64,000 nucleotides of DNA from assembly GCA_963555815.3 (NCBI GenBank), contig CAUVWX020000001.1:160001-224000 (forward strand), read 5' to 3'. A program made the position numbers and the translations under genes. A model generated the notes under the pieces. That model saw only the letters and a list, made by a program, of their open reading frames with translations. It searched no databases and was not told the DNA's origin. Position 1 is the stretch's first letter; every line of letters starts with the position of its first letter. This stretch comes from a bacterium. GTDB taxonomy: Bacteria > UBA8248 > JACPRG01 > G963555815. Shown here piece after piece: positions 1 to 10,958 of this stretch.

Positions 1-893
1 TGGGCCATGGAGGCAGTCCCCAGGCCCGCTTCGTTGGAGAAAATCCCGCGGGCCACGCCGAAGCGGACGACCTGTGCCATGCCTGCGCCAGCGAAGCCAC
101 CCACCGCCGCATGGCCCGAGAAGGCGCTATCGAAGATCAGCTTGAAGGCGGCCGGCACGTCTACGATGCGGATCAGGATGATCGACACCCCCCCGGCCAG
201 ATAGATGACGCACATGATGGGAACCAGGAACTCAGCCACGTGTGCGATCCGCTTGACGCCCCCGATGATTACCAGATACGTGAGGAACGCCAGCCCAAGA
301 CCGGTGACGATTAGGGGAACGCCGAGCTGAGTCTTGAAGACCAGGGCCACCGAGTTGGCCTGGACCATGTTGGCGCTGACCAGGGCCGTCACCACCCCGA
401 ACACGGCGAACACCATGGCCAACCATTTCATCTTTAAACCGTGCTCCAGGAAGTACATGGGCCCCCCCGCCAGGGTACCGTCCGGCAACCGCTGGCGGTA
501 CTTCACCCCCAGGACGGCCTCGGCGTACTTGGTGGCCATCCCCACAATGCCTGTGAACCACATCCACAACGGTGCGCCCGGGCCACCCAGGGCGATGGCC
601 GTCGCCACGCCAGCGATGTTTCCGTTGCCCACCGTGGCCGAGAGGGCTGTCATGAGGGCCTGAAAGGGGGTGATCTCCCCAGGCCCGTACTCGTCCTTAT
701 CCTTGCGGACGGCGCTCCGGAACGTGAGGCGGCAGGCATGGACGAATTTGCGACCCTGGATGAAACGGGTGCCGAGGGTGAACCAGAGGCCGGCCCCGAC
801 GAGGAGGAACATCACAGGTCCGGGGATAGCACCGAACCACGGCCCCCAGAGAAAAGAATTGATTGCGTGAGGGATTGCAAAGAGGGTTTCCAC
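1..893 (-). CDS. Alanine/glycine:cation (sodium) symporter, AGCS family; runs off the window start
   Basis: Translated by hand from GTG at 893 (AAGGA upstream): METLFAIPHAINSFLWGPW...GEITPFQALMTALSATVGNGNIAGVATAIALGGPGAPLWMW...GGPMYFLE...ANMVQANS; hallmark AGCS motifs. Missing from the ORF track because it is open at the edge. Confidence 0.92.
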   Translation of the reverse strand, partial: METLFAIPHAINSFLWGPWFGAIPGPVMFLLVGAGLWFTLGTRFIQGRKFVHACRLTFRSAVRKDKDEYGPGEITPFQALMTALSATVGNGNIAGVATAIALGGPGAPLWMWFTGIVGMATKYAEAVLGVKYRQRLPDGTLAGGPMYFLEHGLKMKWLAMVFAVFGVVTALVSANMVQANSVALVFKTQLGVPLIVTGLGLAFLTYLVIIGGVKRIAHVAEFLVPIMCVIYLAGGVSIILIRIVDVPAAFKLIFDSAFSGHAAVGGFAGAGMAQVVRFGVARGIFSNEAGLGTASMA

Positions 894-997
894 GGCTCGT
901 CCTTATCCTGAAGGTGAACAAAAGAGATGCACGCCGCCTTTTCCCACGCCTTGGGGGGCAGAGTGCATCTGACCCGGAAGTCTCAGAGACAAGCCCT

Positions 998-1861
998 CTA
1001 TCCTTTGAAATGTTCTCCAAAGAATGTGAGAGTCCTCGCCCAGGCATCCTTCGCCGCCTCGGCGTTATAGCGGGCGGGACTCGTGTCGTTGTGGAAGGCG
1101 TGCTCAGTGTCGGGATAAACCTTGACCGTGTATTGCTTCCCCGCCCGGTCCAACGCGGCCGTCAGCCGAGGCACCCGCGGCGTGATGGGGGTGTCGTTTC
1201 CGGCGTAAAGGAGGAGGAGAGAGGCGGCGATCTTCGGCACATCCTTAAGCGGGGGGTTCGGCCCGTAGAAGACGACGGCCGCGTTGAGTTCGGGCGAGGC
1301 GGTGGCAAGGCGGAGACTCATCCCGCCACCCCAGCAGAAACCCACGGCCCCGACCTGGCCAGCCGCCACCAAGGAGGACCCGCGCAGGAAGTCAACAGCG
1401 CCCGTCAGGTCTGTCACAACGTTTGCACGAGTTAGGCGTCCGATGGCCCGGATAGCGTCTATTTGCACGGGCGGCGTCCCCCCCTTTCGAGAGAGGAGAT
1501 CGGGGGCCAGGGCGTGGTAGCCCGCCAAACCCGCTCGCCGCGTCACATCCCGAATATGCTCATTGAGGCCGCGGTTTTCATGAATGACCACCACACCGGG
1601 GAGAGAACCCGCCCCCTTGGGCCGGGCCTGATAGGCGCGAACCTCACCCAGAGCGCTTCGGTACCGGACCGTGGCCGTCTCAAGTCGTGGATCGTCTGCG
1701 GGAACCACCGCCGCCATCGCCTCGTCCCCCTCCAGGAGCGGAAGAAGGGCCATGGCCGCCGCGGTCCCGCCGGCCAGCTCCGCCAGACGCTCGAGGAACA
1801 TTCGGCGGGGAATGGGCTTGTGGCGATATTGGTGGAACAGATCGAGAATTTCCCTATCCAT
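998..1861 (-). CDS. Dienelactone hydrolase family protein (YghX-like)
   Basis: VIHENRGLN, GFCWGG nucleophile elbow, HAFHND; N-terminal RRxFL Tat-like segment. Confidence 0.9.
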   Translation of the reverse strand: MDREILDLFHQYRHKPIPRRMFLERLAELAGGTAAAMALLPLLEGDEAMAAVVPADDPRLETATVRYRSALGEVRAYQARPKGAGSLPGVVVIHENRGLNEHIRDVTRRAGLAGYHALAPDLLSRKGGTPPVQIDAIRAIGRLTRANVVTDLTGAVDFLRGSSLVAAGQVGAVGFCWGGGMSLRLATASPELNAAVVFYGPNPPLKDVPKIAASLLLLYAGNDTPITPRVPRLTAALDRAGKQYTVKVYPDTEHAFHNDTSPARYNAEAAKDAWARTLTFFGEHFKG

Positions 1862-2079
1862 GTGAGCTCCCTCTTACAACGACTGACCAGGAACGATCAG
1901 CGGTTTCTCTGACCGGAATTCCGGGACGACTGCTGTCCAGTCAAGCGGCCCTTTTTGGTCACGGCAAAGATACTCAATTTCGGCCACAGATTCGGGATTT
2001 TTTTTCGGGGTCTTCCTCCCCACGGTCACCGCCGGGCTTTTGCCCTCTGAACAGGCCAAGACCCTTTCTTGCTCTGCTC

Positions 2080-3294
2080 TTAAAAAAAAATCGACAGCCG
2101 AATTTGGATAAAGTCGTCGTCTCTCAGGCCGAACACGATGTCGGATTGCGGCACGTTGAAGAGGACGCGCGACTCCACCTCGATTTTCCAGTTTTCACCG
2201 ATGCGTCGTTCCACCTCAACGCTGAAGAAGCTTGACTGGCTGTCTCGGTCCATAATGGCGCCGGCGAGCACCTCTGTACTCTGCACGTCGTTCAGCGCCA
2301 GCCTCATCCCCATGAAGATATCGTCGTCAAAGGGTGTCTCGGGAGCATCGTCTCCGCGGTCGTCATAGAGATACTCGGCAATCACCCCCAGATCGGCGGC
2401 GGTGGCGAAAATGCCGAAAAAACTGTACTCGAACCCGGCCGCCAGGGCCCCAAAACGATCTCCTTGCCCTCCTCGGACGAGCCCTTCGAACTTCCATAGC
2501 CAGCTTCCTCTCGTCCACTGAACGTCGAGGCCCGTCTGGTCAATGATATCGTAATGGGGGATGAGAACGGGCTGGCCTTTGGAACCACTGCCGGGCACGA
2601 GACGCGGCTCCCGGCCCGTTCCATAGAACTCGTAGAGGCCAATATCCCAGTCGCCGATGATATGGGACCACCGCACAGCGAAGTCGATGCGGGGGCCATC
2701 TGTTCGGTCTACGAAGACCGCCTTGTCCGTTGCCACCGGCAACGGGCCCCGGAGACGGGTGTCATCGTCGGGAAACGTGCGCTCTCGGAAGACCGGCAAA
2801 AGCAAAAAACCCAGCGTGCCAAAATCCTGGAAAAGATTCACGTTGACCATGGGCTGGCCAAGTTTGTCCTCCTCGTCCAGGTCTTCCACACCGTCAGTCT
2901 GATTGATGATGTCTACCAGATGGCGGGACTCGGTGACGCCCCAAAACACCTTGCCGAAACCAAGCAGCAGATCCCAGACTCCGCCGTCATGGAACCAGTT
3001 GAGCTCACGCGGATCAAAGTGAGTGCGCTCGTCGTCGTTGGCATCGAGACGGGCAAAAGGAATAAAGATTAGACGGTCGTCGCCCTGATTCCACTCGTAG
3101 CGAAACTCGGGCTGTAACACAAGGGAGGGAGAGAAACTGCTCGCCTGCTGGTCTGAAAACGCGGGATCGTTCGGAAAGATCCGCAACTCTGCCGCCACGA
3201 AGCCCGAAAAGTCGAACTCCCCTGCCCTGCCCGCCGAGGCCCATGCAGCGATCGAAACACACAATACCGCCAGCGCAAGCCATCGGCGGTTCAT
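2080..3294 (-). CDS. Outer-membrane beta-barrel protein associated with MMPL/RND exporter
   Basis: Signal peptide, alternating aromatic beta strands, C-terminal Phe; third gene of the MMPL-LolA-like operon. Confidence 0.7.
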   Translation of the reverse strand: MNRRWLALAVLCVSIAAWASAGRAGEFDFSGFVAAELRIFPNDPAFSDQQASSFSPSLVLQPEFRYEWNQGDDRLIFIPFARLDANDDERTHFDPRELNWFHDGGVWDLLLGFGKVFWGVTESRHLVDIINQTDGVEDLDEEDKLGQPMVNVNLFQDFGTLGFLLLPVFRERTFPDDDTRLRGPLPVATDKAVFVDRTDGPRIDFAVRWSHIIGDWDIGLYEFYGTGREPRLVPGSGSKGQPVLIPHYDIIDQTGLDVQWTRGSWLWKFEGLVRGGQGDRFGALAAGFEYSFFGIFATAADLGVIAEYLYDDRGDDAPETPFDDDIFMGMRLALNDVQSTEVLAGAIMDRDSQSSFFSVEVERRIGENWKIEVESRVLFNVPQSDIVFGLRDDDFIQIRLSIFF

Positions 3295-3295
3295 G

Positions 3296-4132
3296 TCATC
3301 GGAGGCGCTTCAGGCGATTGGGGCGGAAATCACCCTCGCTGAGCGGGACCTGAAACTCATACTTGTCAAAGAGGAGATCCGTGCTCTTGCCCGTCTGGTG
3401 ATTGTTCATTAAGAGCTTGTGGGCCCGCCAGTATTGCCCGAGATATTGCTGGTAATCGACAAAGTTCAGCGTTTTCAGCAAATCGTCCTTTCTGTCGTAA
3501 TACTCAATCTTCATCACCCGGTATTCATCCTGGTCCACCCAGGTGATTTGTTTCATATAACCCGAATTCTCGTAAACCGGGTAACGCTCCATCACGAAAC
3601 ACTGAAGGTCCCCACAAGGTTCGTCGCGCAGCCAGCGATAGCTGTATTTGGCCACCTCTTGCGAGAGCAAGTCCTCGTAGGCGAATTCGCTTCCCACGAA
3701 AGGCCCCGATTTGTTGGCTGAAGAGATGCGCTTCACCCGTTTCAGTGCCGGGAGAAAAAGCCACTGGTCGTCGGCCTCTGCGATATGAGTGAAGCTCAGG
3801 AGGGCTGTTCCCTCGATGTCGCGTGGGCGATTGAAAATCACAATGCTTTTGTCGCCCTCGTTCACGTCCGGCACCTCCAAGGTTTGAATGCGCATCTCGC
3901 GGTTGCTGGTGTCGCCGTGCCGGTTCCTCAACACCATCATCAGATCCACCTCGCTGTTGAGGAACCCCAGATCGCGCCGATCAGCCTCTTGAGCGATAGT
4001 GAGCCCTTTCTCTTCGGGCGTTTCGGCCCAACTGGCCGTCGGCGCCAAAAGCAAGGCGGCGAGCACACTGACAAGCGCAAAATGCACCATCAGAGACCTA
4101 CTACACCGTTGCGGTAACCCCCTTCGGCTCAT
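3296..4132 (-). CDS. Outer-membrane lipoprotein-sorting (LolA-like) protein
   Basis: DDQWLFLPALKRVKRISSANKSGPFVGSEFAYEDL signature; signal peptide; start may be slightly downstream. Confidence 0.85.
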   Translation of the reverse strand: MSRRGLPQRCSRSLMVHFALVSVLAALLLAPTASWAETPEEKGLTIAQEADRRDLGFLNSEVDLMMVLRNRHGDTSNREMRIQTLEVPDVNEGDKSIVIFNRPRDIEGTALLSFTHIAEADDQWLFLPALKRVKRISSANKSGPFVGSEFAYEDLLSQEVAKYSYRWLRDEPCGDLQCFVMERYPVYENSGYMKQITWVDQDEYRVMKIEYYDRKDDLLKTLNFVDYQQYLGQYWRAHKLLMNNHQTGKSTDLLFDKYEFQVPLSEGDFRPNRLKRLR

Positions 4133-6464
4133 CTCCGGCTTTCTCCTTTTTCCTATCGACCGCCATGAGCAGCGCTGGCAGGAGCAAAAAGTCCGCGACC
4201 AAGGCCATGAAAATGGCCGTCGCGGTCATCAGGCCCAAACTTTCATTGAACTCGAAGGCAGAGAACGACAGCAGACCGAAGCCCACGATAAGAATGGCCG
4301 ACGTCACCCAGAGCGCTGTTCCCACCGTTGAGAAGGCATAGCGCACCGCGTCCTGCGGGCTTGCATCCTGTTCCCGCCGGGCCCGGAGGTACTTGCTCAG
4401 AAAGTGAACGGTGTCGTCCACGATAATGCCCAAGCTGGTCGCGGCCACGACTGAAGAGGCGACGCCGATCTCACCGACAAAGATCGCCCAGACGCCGAAC
4501 GTCATGAGGGCAGGAATAATATTGGGAATCAGGCTGAAGAGTCCCAGCCGGATATTCCGCAGGGCCACCGTGAGAGATAGAGAGATCAGGAAGAAAGCCA
4601 GGGCTGTGCCGGCCAGCATACTTTTGATGTTGCGCTCGGAAATATAGGAGAACATGACGAACGTACTGGTCGCTTCGTCGTCTTTGGCCGTTGAAAAATT
4701 AGTGGCCAGCCATCGTTCCGCCCGTGTCTTGAGGAGGCGCCCGTCAAGCGTCTTCACGTTTTCCAGCGTGGCGATCAGACGGACCGCCGACTTGTCCACG
4801 TTGATCTGGTTGTTGAGGTCGAGCCCATAGGGCAGGGACATCTCGAAGAGGAGAAGATACTGCGCTGCGAGCTCCCGTTCCTCCGGCAGGCGGTAAAAGG
4901 CGTGGTCGTCGCTGTGCATGTTCTTGTTCAGCCGCTGCATGATGTCCGTGAGGATCTGCACGTGAACCACACCGGGCTGCTCGCGGAGCCAGTGGGTGAA
5001 GGCTTGAACCCTCTTCAGGTAATCCGGCTCGCTGATGCCACCCGCCTCTCCCGCACTCAGCGAAAATTGCATCGTGTAGATCCCCGACAGGTTCTCCATC
5101 GCAAAATCCGTATCCACACGGAAGGGAATGCTCCGATCGAAGTAGTTGATGAACTGGTCATTTAACTGGATCCGGGGGATCAAGACCGCCAGCCCGATAA
5201 CCGAGGCTGTCATAGCCCAAAGAAGCGCCCGGCGGCGGGCAATGACGAATTCGGCCAACCGCTCCATCCCGGCCCTTTTTCCTGCCGGCCGAGGCTTGAT
5301 TCGCACCGGCAGGACACTCATCAAGGCCGGCAGGGTAAAAATCGAATAGCCCCATGCGCCCACCACGCCCATGGCGGTGATGTTGCCCAGATCGCGAAAC
5401 GGGGGCGCATCGCTGAAATTCAAGCTTAGGAAGCCGATAAAGGTCGTCAGGCTCGTCAGAAAGACCGGATGGAAATTAATGCGGAGGCTCTCGACGAGGG
5501 CCTCACGCTTTCCGGCACCCCGCCGCATCTCCTGGAACATAGTGATGAGAATATGCACACTGTCGGCAATGGCCAGGGTCAAGATGATCGTGGGCGCGAT
5601 CGCAGAGGGCGGCGTGATCCGAATGCCGAGCCAGCCGGCCAGCCCCATCGCAGTCGCCGCAGACAACCCAATCACGGCGACGGTCGCCAGCGTCCCGCTG
5701 ACCGAGCGAAGAAGAATAATCATGGTCAGGATGAGGACGCCGTACATGATCGGCACCAAAGTGCCGAGGTCATTGAGACTGGCTTCGGTAAACGCGTTAT
5801 TTAAGGCCGCAACGCCGGTCACAGCGACTCGGATGTCCGGGTGTTCGGCGCGGAACTCGTCCACCAGCCCCCGGGCAAAGGCCATCACCCTCGGGACTTC
5901 ATCCTCGCTTTCCTGCGGCATCGTCAAATTGACATTGACGGCGGTTGTCGAGGCATCTGGCGAGATCAGACGATCGAGAAGCAGGGGTTCTGAGAGCGAA
6001 ACCTCTCGGGCACGAGAGAGATCTTCCGGTGTGATGAGGGCGGTCTTGGGTACTAGATCTTCGACCGTTAGATCATCGCCGCTCGCAAAGCTGTATTGAA
6101 AGTTCGTGATGGAGTCGACGCGGGTCGAAAAGGGTATTTGCCAGCTGGCCTCCGTGAGGTCGCGCACAGCGGAGAGCACTTCGGGCCTAAAAACGTCGCC
6201 CTCTCGGGGTTTCAACACGAACAGGATGTTGTCATCCTTCGTGTAAATATCCTGGATCTCTTCAAAAGCGTTTAACTGCGGATTATCTTTGCTGAAAAAG
6301 ACTCGGTAGTCGGTGGAGAAACCAATGAATCGTACACCACTGCCCGCCGCAACAACCGCCAGAAGTGATAGAAAGAGGACGGTCCACCGCCAGCGGATGA
6401 CCCAATTCGTGTAGGCCGTCACGCGGGTTCCTTTGGAACGCTGGCTTGATCCCTGTGCACTCAT
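4101..6464 (-). CDS. MMPL/RND family transporter
   Basis: Two RND halves with LAIADSVH and LGIIVDDTVHFL TM4/TM10 motifs; 787 aa. Confidence 0.9.
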   Translation of the reverse strand: MSAQGSSQRSKGTRVTAYTNWVIRWRWTVLFLSLLAVVAAGSGVRFIGFSTDYRVFFSKDNPQLNAFEEIQDIYTKDDNILFVLKPREGDVFRPEVLSAVRDLTEASWQIPFSTRVDSITNFQYSFASGDDLTVEDLVPKTALITPEDLSRAREVSLSEPLLLDRLISPDASTTAVNVNLTMPQESEDEVPRVMAFARGLVDEFRAEHPDIRVAVTGVAALNNAFTEASLNDLGTLVPIMYGVLILTMIILLRSVSGTLATVAVIGLSAATAMGLAGWLGIRITPPSAIAPTIILTLAIADSVHILITMFQEMRRGAGKREALVESLRINFHPVFLTSLTTFIGFLSLNFSDAPPFRDLGNITAMGVVGAWGYSIFTLPALMSVLPVRIKPRPAGKRAGMERLAEFVIARRRALLWAMTASVIGLAVLIPRIQLNDQFINYFDRSIPFRVDTDFAMENLSGIYTMQFSLSAGEAGGISEPDYLKRVQAFTHWLREQPGVVHVQILTDIMQRLNKNMHSDDHAFYRLPEERELAAQYLLLFEMSLPYGLDLNNQINVDKSAVRLIATLENVKTLDGRLLKTRAERWLATNFSTAKDDEATSTFVMFSYISERNIKSMLAGTALAFFLISLSLTVALRNIRLGLFSLIPNIIPALMTFGVWAIFVGEIGVASSVVAATSLGIIVDDTVHFLSKYLRARREQDASPQDAVRYAFSTVGTALWVTSAILIVGFGLLSFSAFEFNESLGLMTATAIFMALVADFLLLPALLMAVDRKKEKAGDEPKGVTATV

Positions 6465-6739
6465 AAAAATTCGCCAGATTTTGAAGTGTTAGTCCCTGGT
6501 GCTTTCATCTTAAAAATTAAAAAGAGCGGGGTCACGCAAACCCCTTAGTTGTCAGAATCAAATTCCGCATGGAGCATACCATAGCGTGATTATACACGTA
6601 ATAGAAGTTTCAACGGGCGACCTCCGGCTTGAACTATCCTGGGAATACCCTCAAAATACGAGTCGGAAACCCGAGGGGTCGGGGTCACGCCGCTCCCCCA
6701 CCTCGGTTTCGGTCTTTCTCTTCTTTTGGAGCCGTCTTT

Positions 6740-7894
6740 GTGGCCGAGGTTTCTCTTGAAGGTCTCATCAAGCATTTCGATCGGACCGAGGCGGTCCGTT
6801 CGCTCGATCTGCGGGTTGCCGACTGGGAGTTTTTGGTTCTTGTCGGACCCTCCGGATGCGGGAAGACCACGGTCCTGCGCCTCATCGCGGGGCTCGAGAC
6901 GCCGACCGCCGGCCGCATCTTCATCGGGGGTCAGTCGGTTGAGAACCTCCCCGCCCGCAAGCGGGACATTGCCATGGTCTTTCAGAACTACGCCCTCTAC
7001 CCTCACATGAATGTGTATCGAAACATGGCCTTTGGGCTGGAGCAGCGGGGGGCGCCCGAGGCGGAGACCCGTCGGCGAGTCCACGAGGCGGCCCGCATGC
7101 TGGGGATTGCAGAGTGCTTGAACCGCAAGCCCCGCCAGCTCTCCGGGGGGCAGCGCCAGCGTGTGGCCCTGGGCCGGGCCATCGTGCGCAAGCCTTCTGT
7201 CTTCCTCTTTGACGAGCCCCTGAGCAACCTGGACGCCAAGCTGCGGGTGAAAATGCGAGGGGAGCTGGTCAAGCTGCACCGTCGGCTGGAGGCCACCATC
7301 GTTTACGTCACCCATGATCAGGTGGAAGCGATGACGATGGGCCAGCGGATCGCGGTCATGAACGAGGGGCGCCTGCTCCAGGTCGGGACCCCCAGGGAGG
7401 TCTATCATCGTCCGGCCAACCTGTTCGTGGCTGGCTTCATCGGCAGCCCGTCGATGAACTTTCTCAACGCCTCCCTGGAAACCGCGGGAGAGGGAGTGAC
7501 GCTGAGGGTCGATAGGTCAGAGATCACTTTGCCGGACGACGGCCGACCTTGGGCGGACACCACGCCCGGTTCGGTCGTCCTCGGTGTCCGTCCGGAGGAT
7601 GTTCAGGTACTGCCGGTTTCGCCAAAAGCGTCCGGAGGGGGGGCTCTATCGGGCAAGATCGAGGTGGTCGAACATCTCGGTGCCGAGACCTATCTGGAGC
7701 TGAACGCCGGGAAACATCAGATCACAGCCAGGGTAAACGCTTCCCAGGTTTGGGAGATCGGTCAGCAGGTCACCCTGCAGATGGACCCCGCCTCAATTCG
7801 CCTCTTCGACCCGAAGACGGAGGAGGCCCTCCCGGGCCGTCACCTCCACGAAGCTCCCATGGCCGCCGGGCCCCGGCAAGAGACTGGGACATGA
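6740..7894 (+). CDS. Sugar ABC transporter ATP-binding protein (MalK/UgpC-like)
   Basis: GPSGCGKT, LSGGQRQ, FLFDEPLSNLD, TOBE domain; start set at GTG 6740 behind GGAG. Confidence 0.95.
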   Translation: MAEVSLEGLIKHFDRTEAVRSLDLRVADWEFLVLVGPSGCGKTTVLRLIAGLETPTAGRIFIGGQSVENLPARKRDIAMVFQNYALYPHMNVYRNMAFGLEQRGAPEAETRRRVHEAARMLGIAECLNRKPRQLSGGQRQRVALGRAIVRKPSVFLFDEPLSNLDAKLRVKMRGELVKLHRRLEATIVYVTHDQVEAMTMGQRIAVMNEGRLLQVGTPREVYHRPANLFVAGFIGSPSMNFLNASLETAGEGVTLRVDRSEITLPDDGRPWADTTPGSVVLGVRPEDVQVLPVSPKASGGGALSGKIEVVEHLGAETYLELNAGKHQITARVNASQVWEIGQQVTLQMDPASIRLFDPKTEEALPGRHLHEAPMAAGPRQETGT

Positions 7895-9198
7895 TATCTT
7901 CCCTTCGGATGGCGGGAATCTTCATTCTTCTGACCACTCTCGCCCTGGCCGGATGCTCAACCGAATCACCGAAAGAGGAGAAGACCACCCTCCGGTTTGT
8001 GGGCTGGAGCTTCAACAACCCGGAGGCCTGGGAGGCGATCTTCAACGCCTTTGAGGAAGCTCACCCGGACATTCGCCTCGTGCGGGAGATCACGCCCCAC
8101 TCCTCCACCCAGTTCCACGCCCTCCTCTCCCAAAAACTTCGCAACCAGGACTCTTCGATGGACGTCTTCCTCATGGACGTCATCTGGCCCTCCGAGTTCG
8201 CAGCTGCGGGCTGGGCCCTCCCCCTGGACAATTTCTTTTCCGACGAAGAGCGCCAAAAATTTCTCGACGTCCCCATCCTCGCCAACACCTACCAGGACAA
8301 GATCTATGGCGTGCCCCTCTTCATCGACAGCGGGTTGCTCTACTACCGTAAGGATCTCTTGGAGAAATACGGCTTTTCGCCGCCCGGGACCTGGGAGGAG
8401 CTAGTCCAGCAAGCAGAATCCATCCGCGACGGGGAACAATCCGCGCACCCGGGCCTCCACGGCTACTCGGGCCAGTTCAAACAGTACGAGGGCCTCATCT
8501 GCGACATGCTGGAGTTCGTCCACAGCAACGAAGGGTCTTTTCTCGATTCGGAAGGGGGCCGCGCCCTCATCGATTCCCCTCAGGCCGTGGAGGCCGTCCA
8601 GTTCGTTCGCGACCAGATTATTGGCGGGCTCGCACCCCGGGGCGTGTTGACCTATCAAGAGCCTGAGTCGCTGGCCCTGTTCTCCCAGGGAAACGCCGTC
8701 TTCCACCGCAACTGGCCCTACGCCTGGGCCATCGTGAACGATCCCGAAAGGTCCCAGGTGGTTGAGAAGGTCGGCGTGGCCAAGCTGCCTCACTTCCCAG
8801 GGGGCCGCAGCGTGTCAACGCTTGGGGGGTGGCAGCTCGCCGTCAGCCGCTTCTCCAAGCAGCCGGAGGTCGCTTGGAAGTTCGTGTCCTTTGTGACCAG
8901 CCCGACCATGCAGAAGGTGCTGGCGCTCCAGGCCGGCCGCGCCCCGACTCGCAAGGCCCTCTATGAGGACCCCGAGGTCCTGGCGGCCAACCCCCACTTC
9001 CGGGACCTCTTCGACATCTTTCTGACCGCTCATCCGCGGCCCCGCACGCCCCTCTATCCGCAGGTCACGAACACTCTGCAGGCGTACTTCAGCGCCGCCC
9101 TGAGCGACCCGGAGTCAGACATCCCAGCCCTGTCCCAGCGGGTGCGAGAAGACCTGGACCGGATCCTGGCCCCTTCCCAGGGAGAGCGATCCGATTAG
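7891..9198 (+). CDS. Sugar ABC transporter substrate-binding lipoprotein (trehalose/maltose-like)
   Basis: ATG 7891 overlaps the upstream stop (ATGA); lipobox LAGC; DVIWPSEFA, GQFKQYEGL, RNWPYAW motifs. Confidence 0.9.
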   Translation: MISSLRMAGIFILLTTLALAGCSTESPKEEKTTLRFVGWSFNNPEAWEAIFNAFEEAHPDIRLVREITPHSSTQFHALLSQKLRNQDSSMDVFLMDVIWPSEFAAAGWALPLDNFFSDEERQKFLDVPILANTYQDKIYGVPLFIDSGLLYYRKDLLEKYGFSPPGTWEELVQQAESIRDGEQSAHPGLHGYSGQFKQYEGLICDMLEFVHSNEGSFLDSEGGRALIDSPQAVEAVQFVRDQIIGGLAPRGVLTYQEPESLALFSQGNAVFHRNWPYAWAIVNDPERSQVVEKVGVAKLPHFPGGRSVSTLGGWQLAVSRFSKQPEVAWKFVSFVTSPTMQKVLALQAGRAPTRKALYEDPEVLAANPHFRDLFDIFLTAHPRPRTPLYPQVTNTLQAYFSAALSDPESDIPALSQRVREDLDRILAPSQGERSD

Positions 9199-9211
9199 AC
9201 CTTTCGACGAG

Positions 9212-10096
9212 ATGTCGGACCGTAGGTTCGGAACACTCCTTCTCATCCCAGCCGCAATCTTTATCCTGGGTCTCGCGATCTTTCCCGTCCTGCAATCCAT
9301 CTGGCTCAGCTTTCACCAGATCCTCCTGGCGCTGCCCGGCCTCGGCAAAAAGTTCGTGGGGCTGGAAAACTACGGGAGAATCCTGACCGACCCGGCCGCC
9401 CGAGATTCAATAGGATTCACGTTCCTGTTCGTCTTCGGCACCACCCTCTGCGAGTTAATCCTGGGACTTGCCATGGCCCTGACGCTGAACCGGAGCTTTC
9501 GGGGGCGGGGGTGGGTGAGGGCCGCGATTCTCATCCCCTGGGCGATCCCCACCGTAGTGGCGTCGCAGATGTGGCGCTACATCCTCAACGACCAGTACGG
9601 CCTGGTGAACCTCTTCCTTTTCGGGTCCGACACGGCGTCCTATCAGGCCTGGCTGGCCCATCCCTGGGGCGCGAGGTTGGCCGTGATGGCGGCCGACATT
9701 TGGAAGACCTCCTCCTTCGCGGCGCTTTTGCTGCTGGCCGGACTTCAGACCATTCCCAACGAGCTCTACGAGGCCGCCCGGATCGACGGGGCGAGCCCCT
9801 GGGCCCAGTTCCGGCGCATCACCCTACCCCTTCTCAAGCCCGCCATCCTGGTCACCCTGCTCTTTCGCACGATGGACGCCTTCCGCGTCTTCGACCTGGT
9901 CTTTGTGATGACGCAGGGCGGGCCGGCCAGCTCCACGCACGTCCTGCAGTTCTACGGCTATCAACGGATGTTCACCGAGGGGGACATGGGATATGGGTCA
10001 GCGGTCTCCGTCGTGGTCTTCCTGACAATCTTCATCGTCTCGCTGTTCTACATCCGGGCGATGGGAACTCGCTTGTTTGAGAGGGCGAAGGTTTGA
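9212..10096 (+). CDS. Sugar ABC transporter permease (MalF-like)
   Basis: EAA loop LYEAARIDGA; multiple TM helices. Confidence 0.93.
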   Translation: MSDRRFGTLLLIPAAIFILGLAIFPVLQSIWLSFHQILLALPGLGKKFVGLENYGRILTDPAARDSIGFTFLFVFGTTLCELILGLAMALTLNRSFRGRGWVRAAILIPWAIPTVVASQMWRYILNDQYGLVNLFLFGSDTASYQAWLAHPWGARLAVMAADIWKTSSFAALLLLAGLQTIPNELYEAARIDGASPWAQFRRITLPLLKPAILVTLLFRTMDAFRVFDLVFVMTQGGPASSTHVLQFYGYQRMFTEGDMGYGSAVSVVVFLTIFIVSLFYIRAMGTRLFERAKV

Positions 10097-10917
10097 AAAA
10101 GTGGGTGGCAAAAATCGCGTTCTGGGCCTGGGTGGGGCTGCTGCTGGTTTTCAGTCTGACGCCCTTCCTGTGGTTCCTCATCACCTCACTGAAGAGCCAG
10201 ATTCAGATCCTTCAGTCCCCTCCCGCCATCTGGCCTGAAGGGGGTTTTCACTTTTACCTGTCGGCCATCAGCCGTTTTCAGCTCTTTCGATTCATGAAGA
10301 ACAGCCTGGTGGTGGCGGGCTCCACAACGGTTTTAAGCCTTACGATCGGCGCTCTTGCGGGATACGCCCTGAGCCGCCTTCCCGTCCGGCGAAAGCCCCT
10401 CATTCTGGGGGGAATCCTGGCGGTCTCGATGTTCCCCCAGATCTCCATCGTGGGCCCAGTGTGGCGAATACTTAGAAGTCTCGGCTTGCTGAACACCTAC
10501 CCGGGTCTCGTGGCCCCGTACATCATGCTGACACTCCCCTTGGCCATCTGGATCATGGCCAGCTTCTTCAAGGAGCTTCCAACCGAGCTGGAGGAGGCGG
10601 CCAAGATCGACGGCTGCGGCCCCCTTAAAACTCTGGTGAAGGTGGTTGCGCCTGTGGCGGCGCCGGGGATCTTTACGGCGGCTATTCTGATCTTCATCTT
10701 CGCCTGGAACGAGTTCTTCTTCGCCCTTTTGATCATGACCCGGCCCGAGATCCAGACCCTGCCGGTGGGCATCGCGCTTTTCCCGGGCCAGTTCACCATC
10801 CCCTGGGGGGAGCTGTCGGCGGCCTCCGTCATGGCCACCCTCCCCCTCGTCTTTTTGGTCCTTTTGTTCCAGCGCCGGATCATCCGCGGCCTTTCGGCTG
10901 GGTCGATTGTGCAATAA
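10093..10917 (+). CDS. Sugar ABC transporter permease (MalG-like)
   Basis: [13 protein letters not shown] loop, [12 protein letters not shown] start overlaps the upstream stop. Confidence 0.93.
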   Translation: MKKWVAKIAFWAWVGLLLVFSLTPFLWFLITSLKSQIQILQSPPAIWPEGGFHFYLSAISRFQLFRFMKNSLVVAGSTTVLSLTIGALAGYALSRLPVRRKPLILGGILAVSMFPQISIVGPVWRILRSLGLLNTYPGLVAPYIMLTLPLAIWIMASFFKELPTELEEAAKIDGCGPLKTLVKVVAPVAAPGIFTAAILIFIFAWNEFFFALLIMTRPEIQTLPVGIALFPGQFTIPWGELSAASVMATLPLVFLVLLFQRRIIRGLSAGSIVQ

Positions 10918-10958
10918 TAGAAATGGGCAAAATACTTAATAAGAGAGGTATTCCAAAA

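Noticed and set aside
7549..7890. N-terminal extension of the sugar-binding protein ORF
   Set aside because: Off-frame overlap with the ATPase gene; the lipoprotein signal starts at ATG 7891
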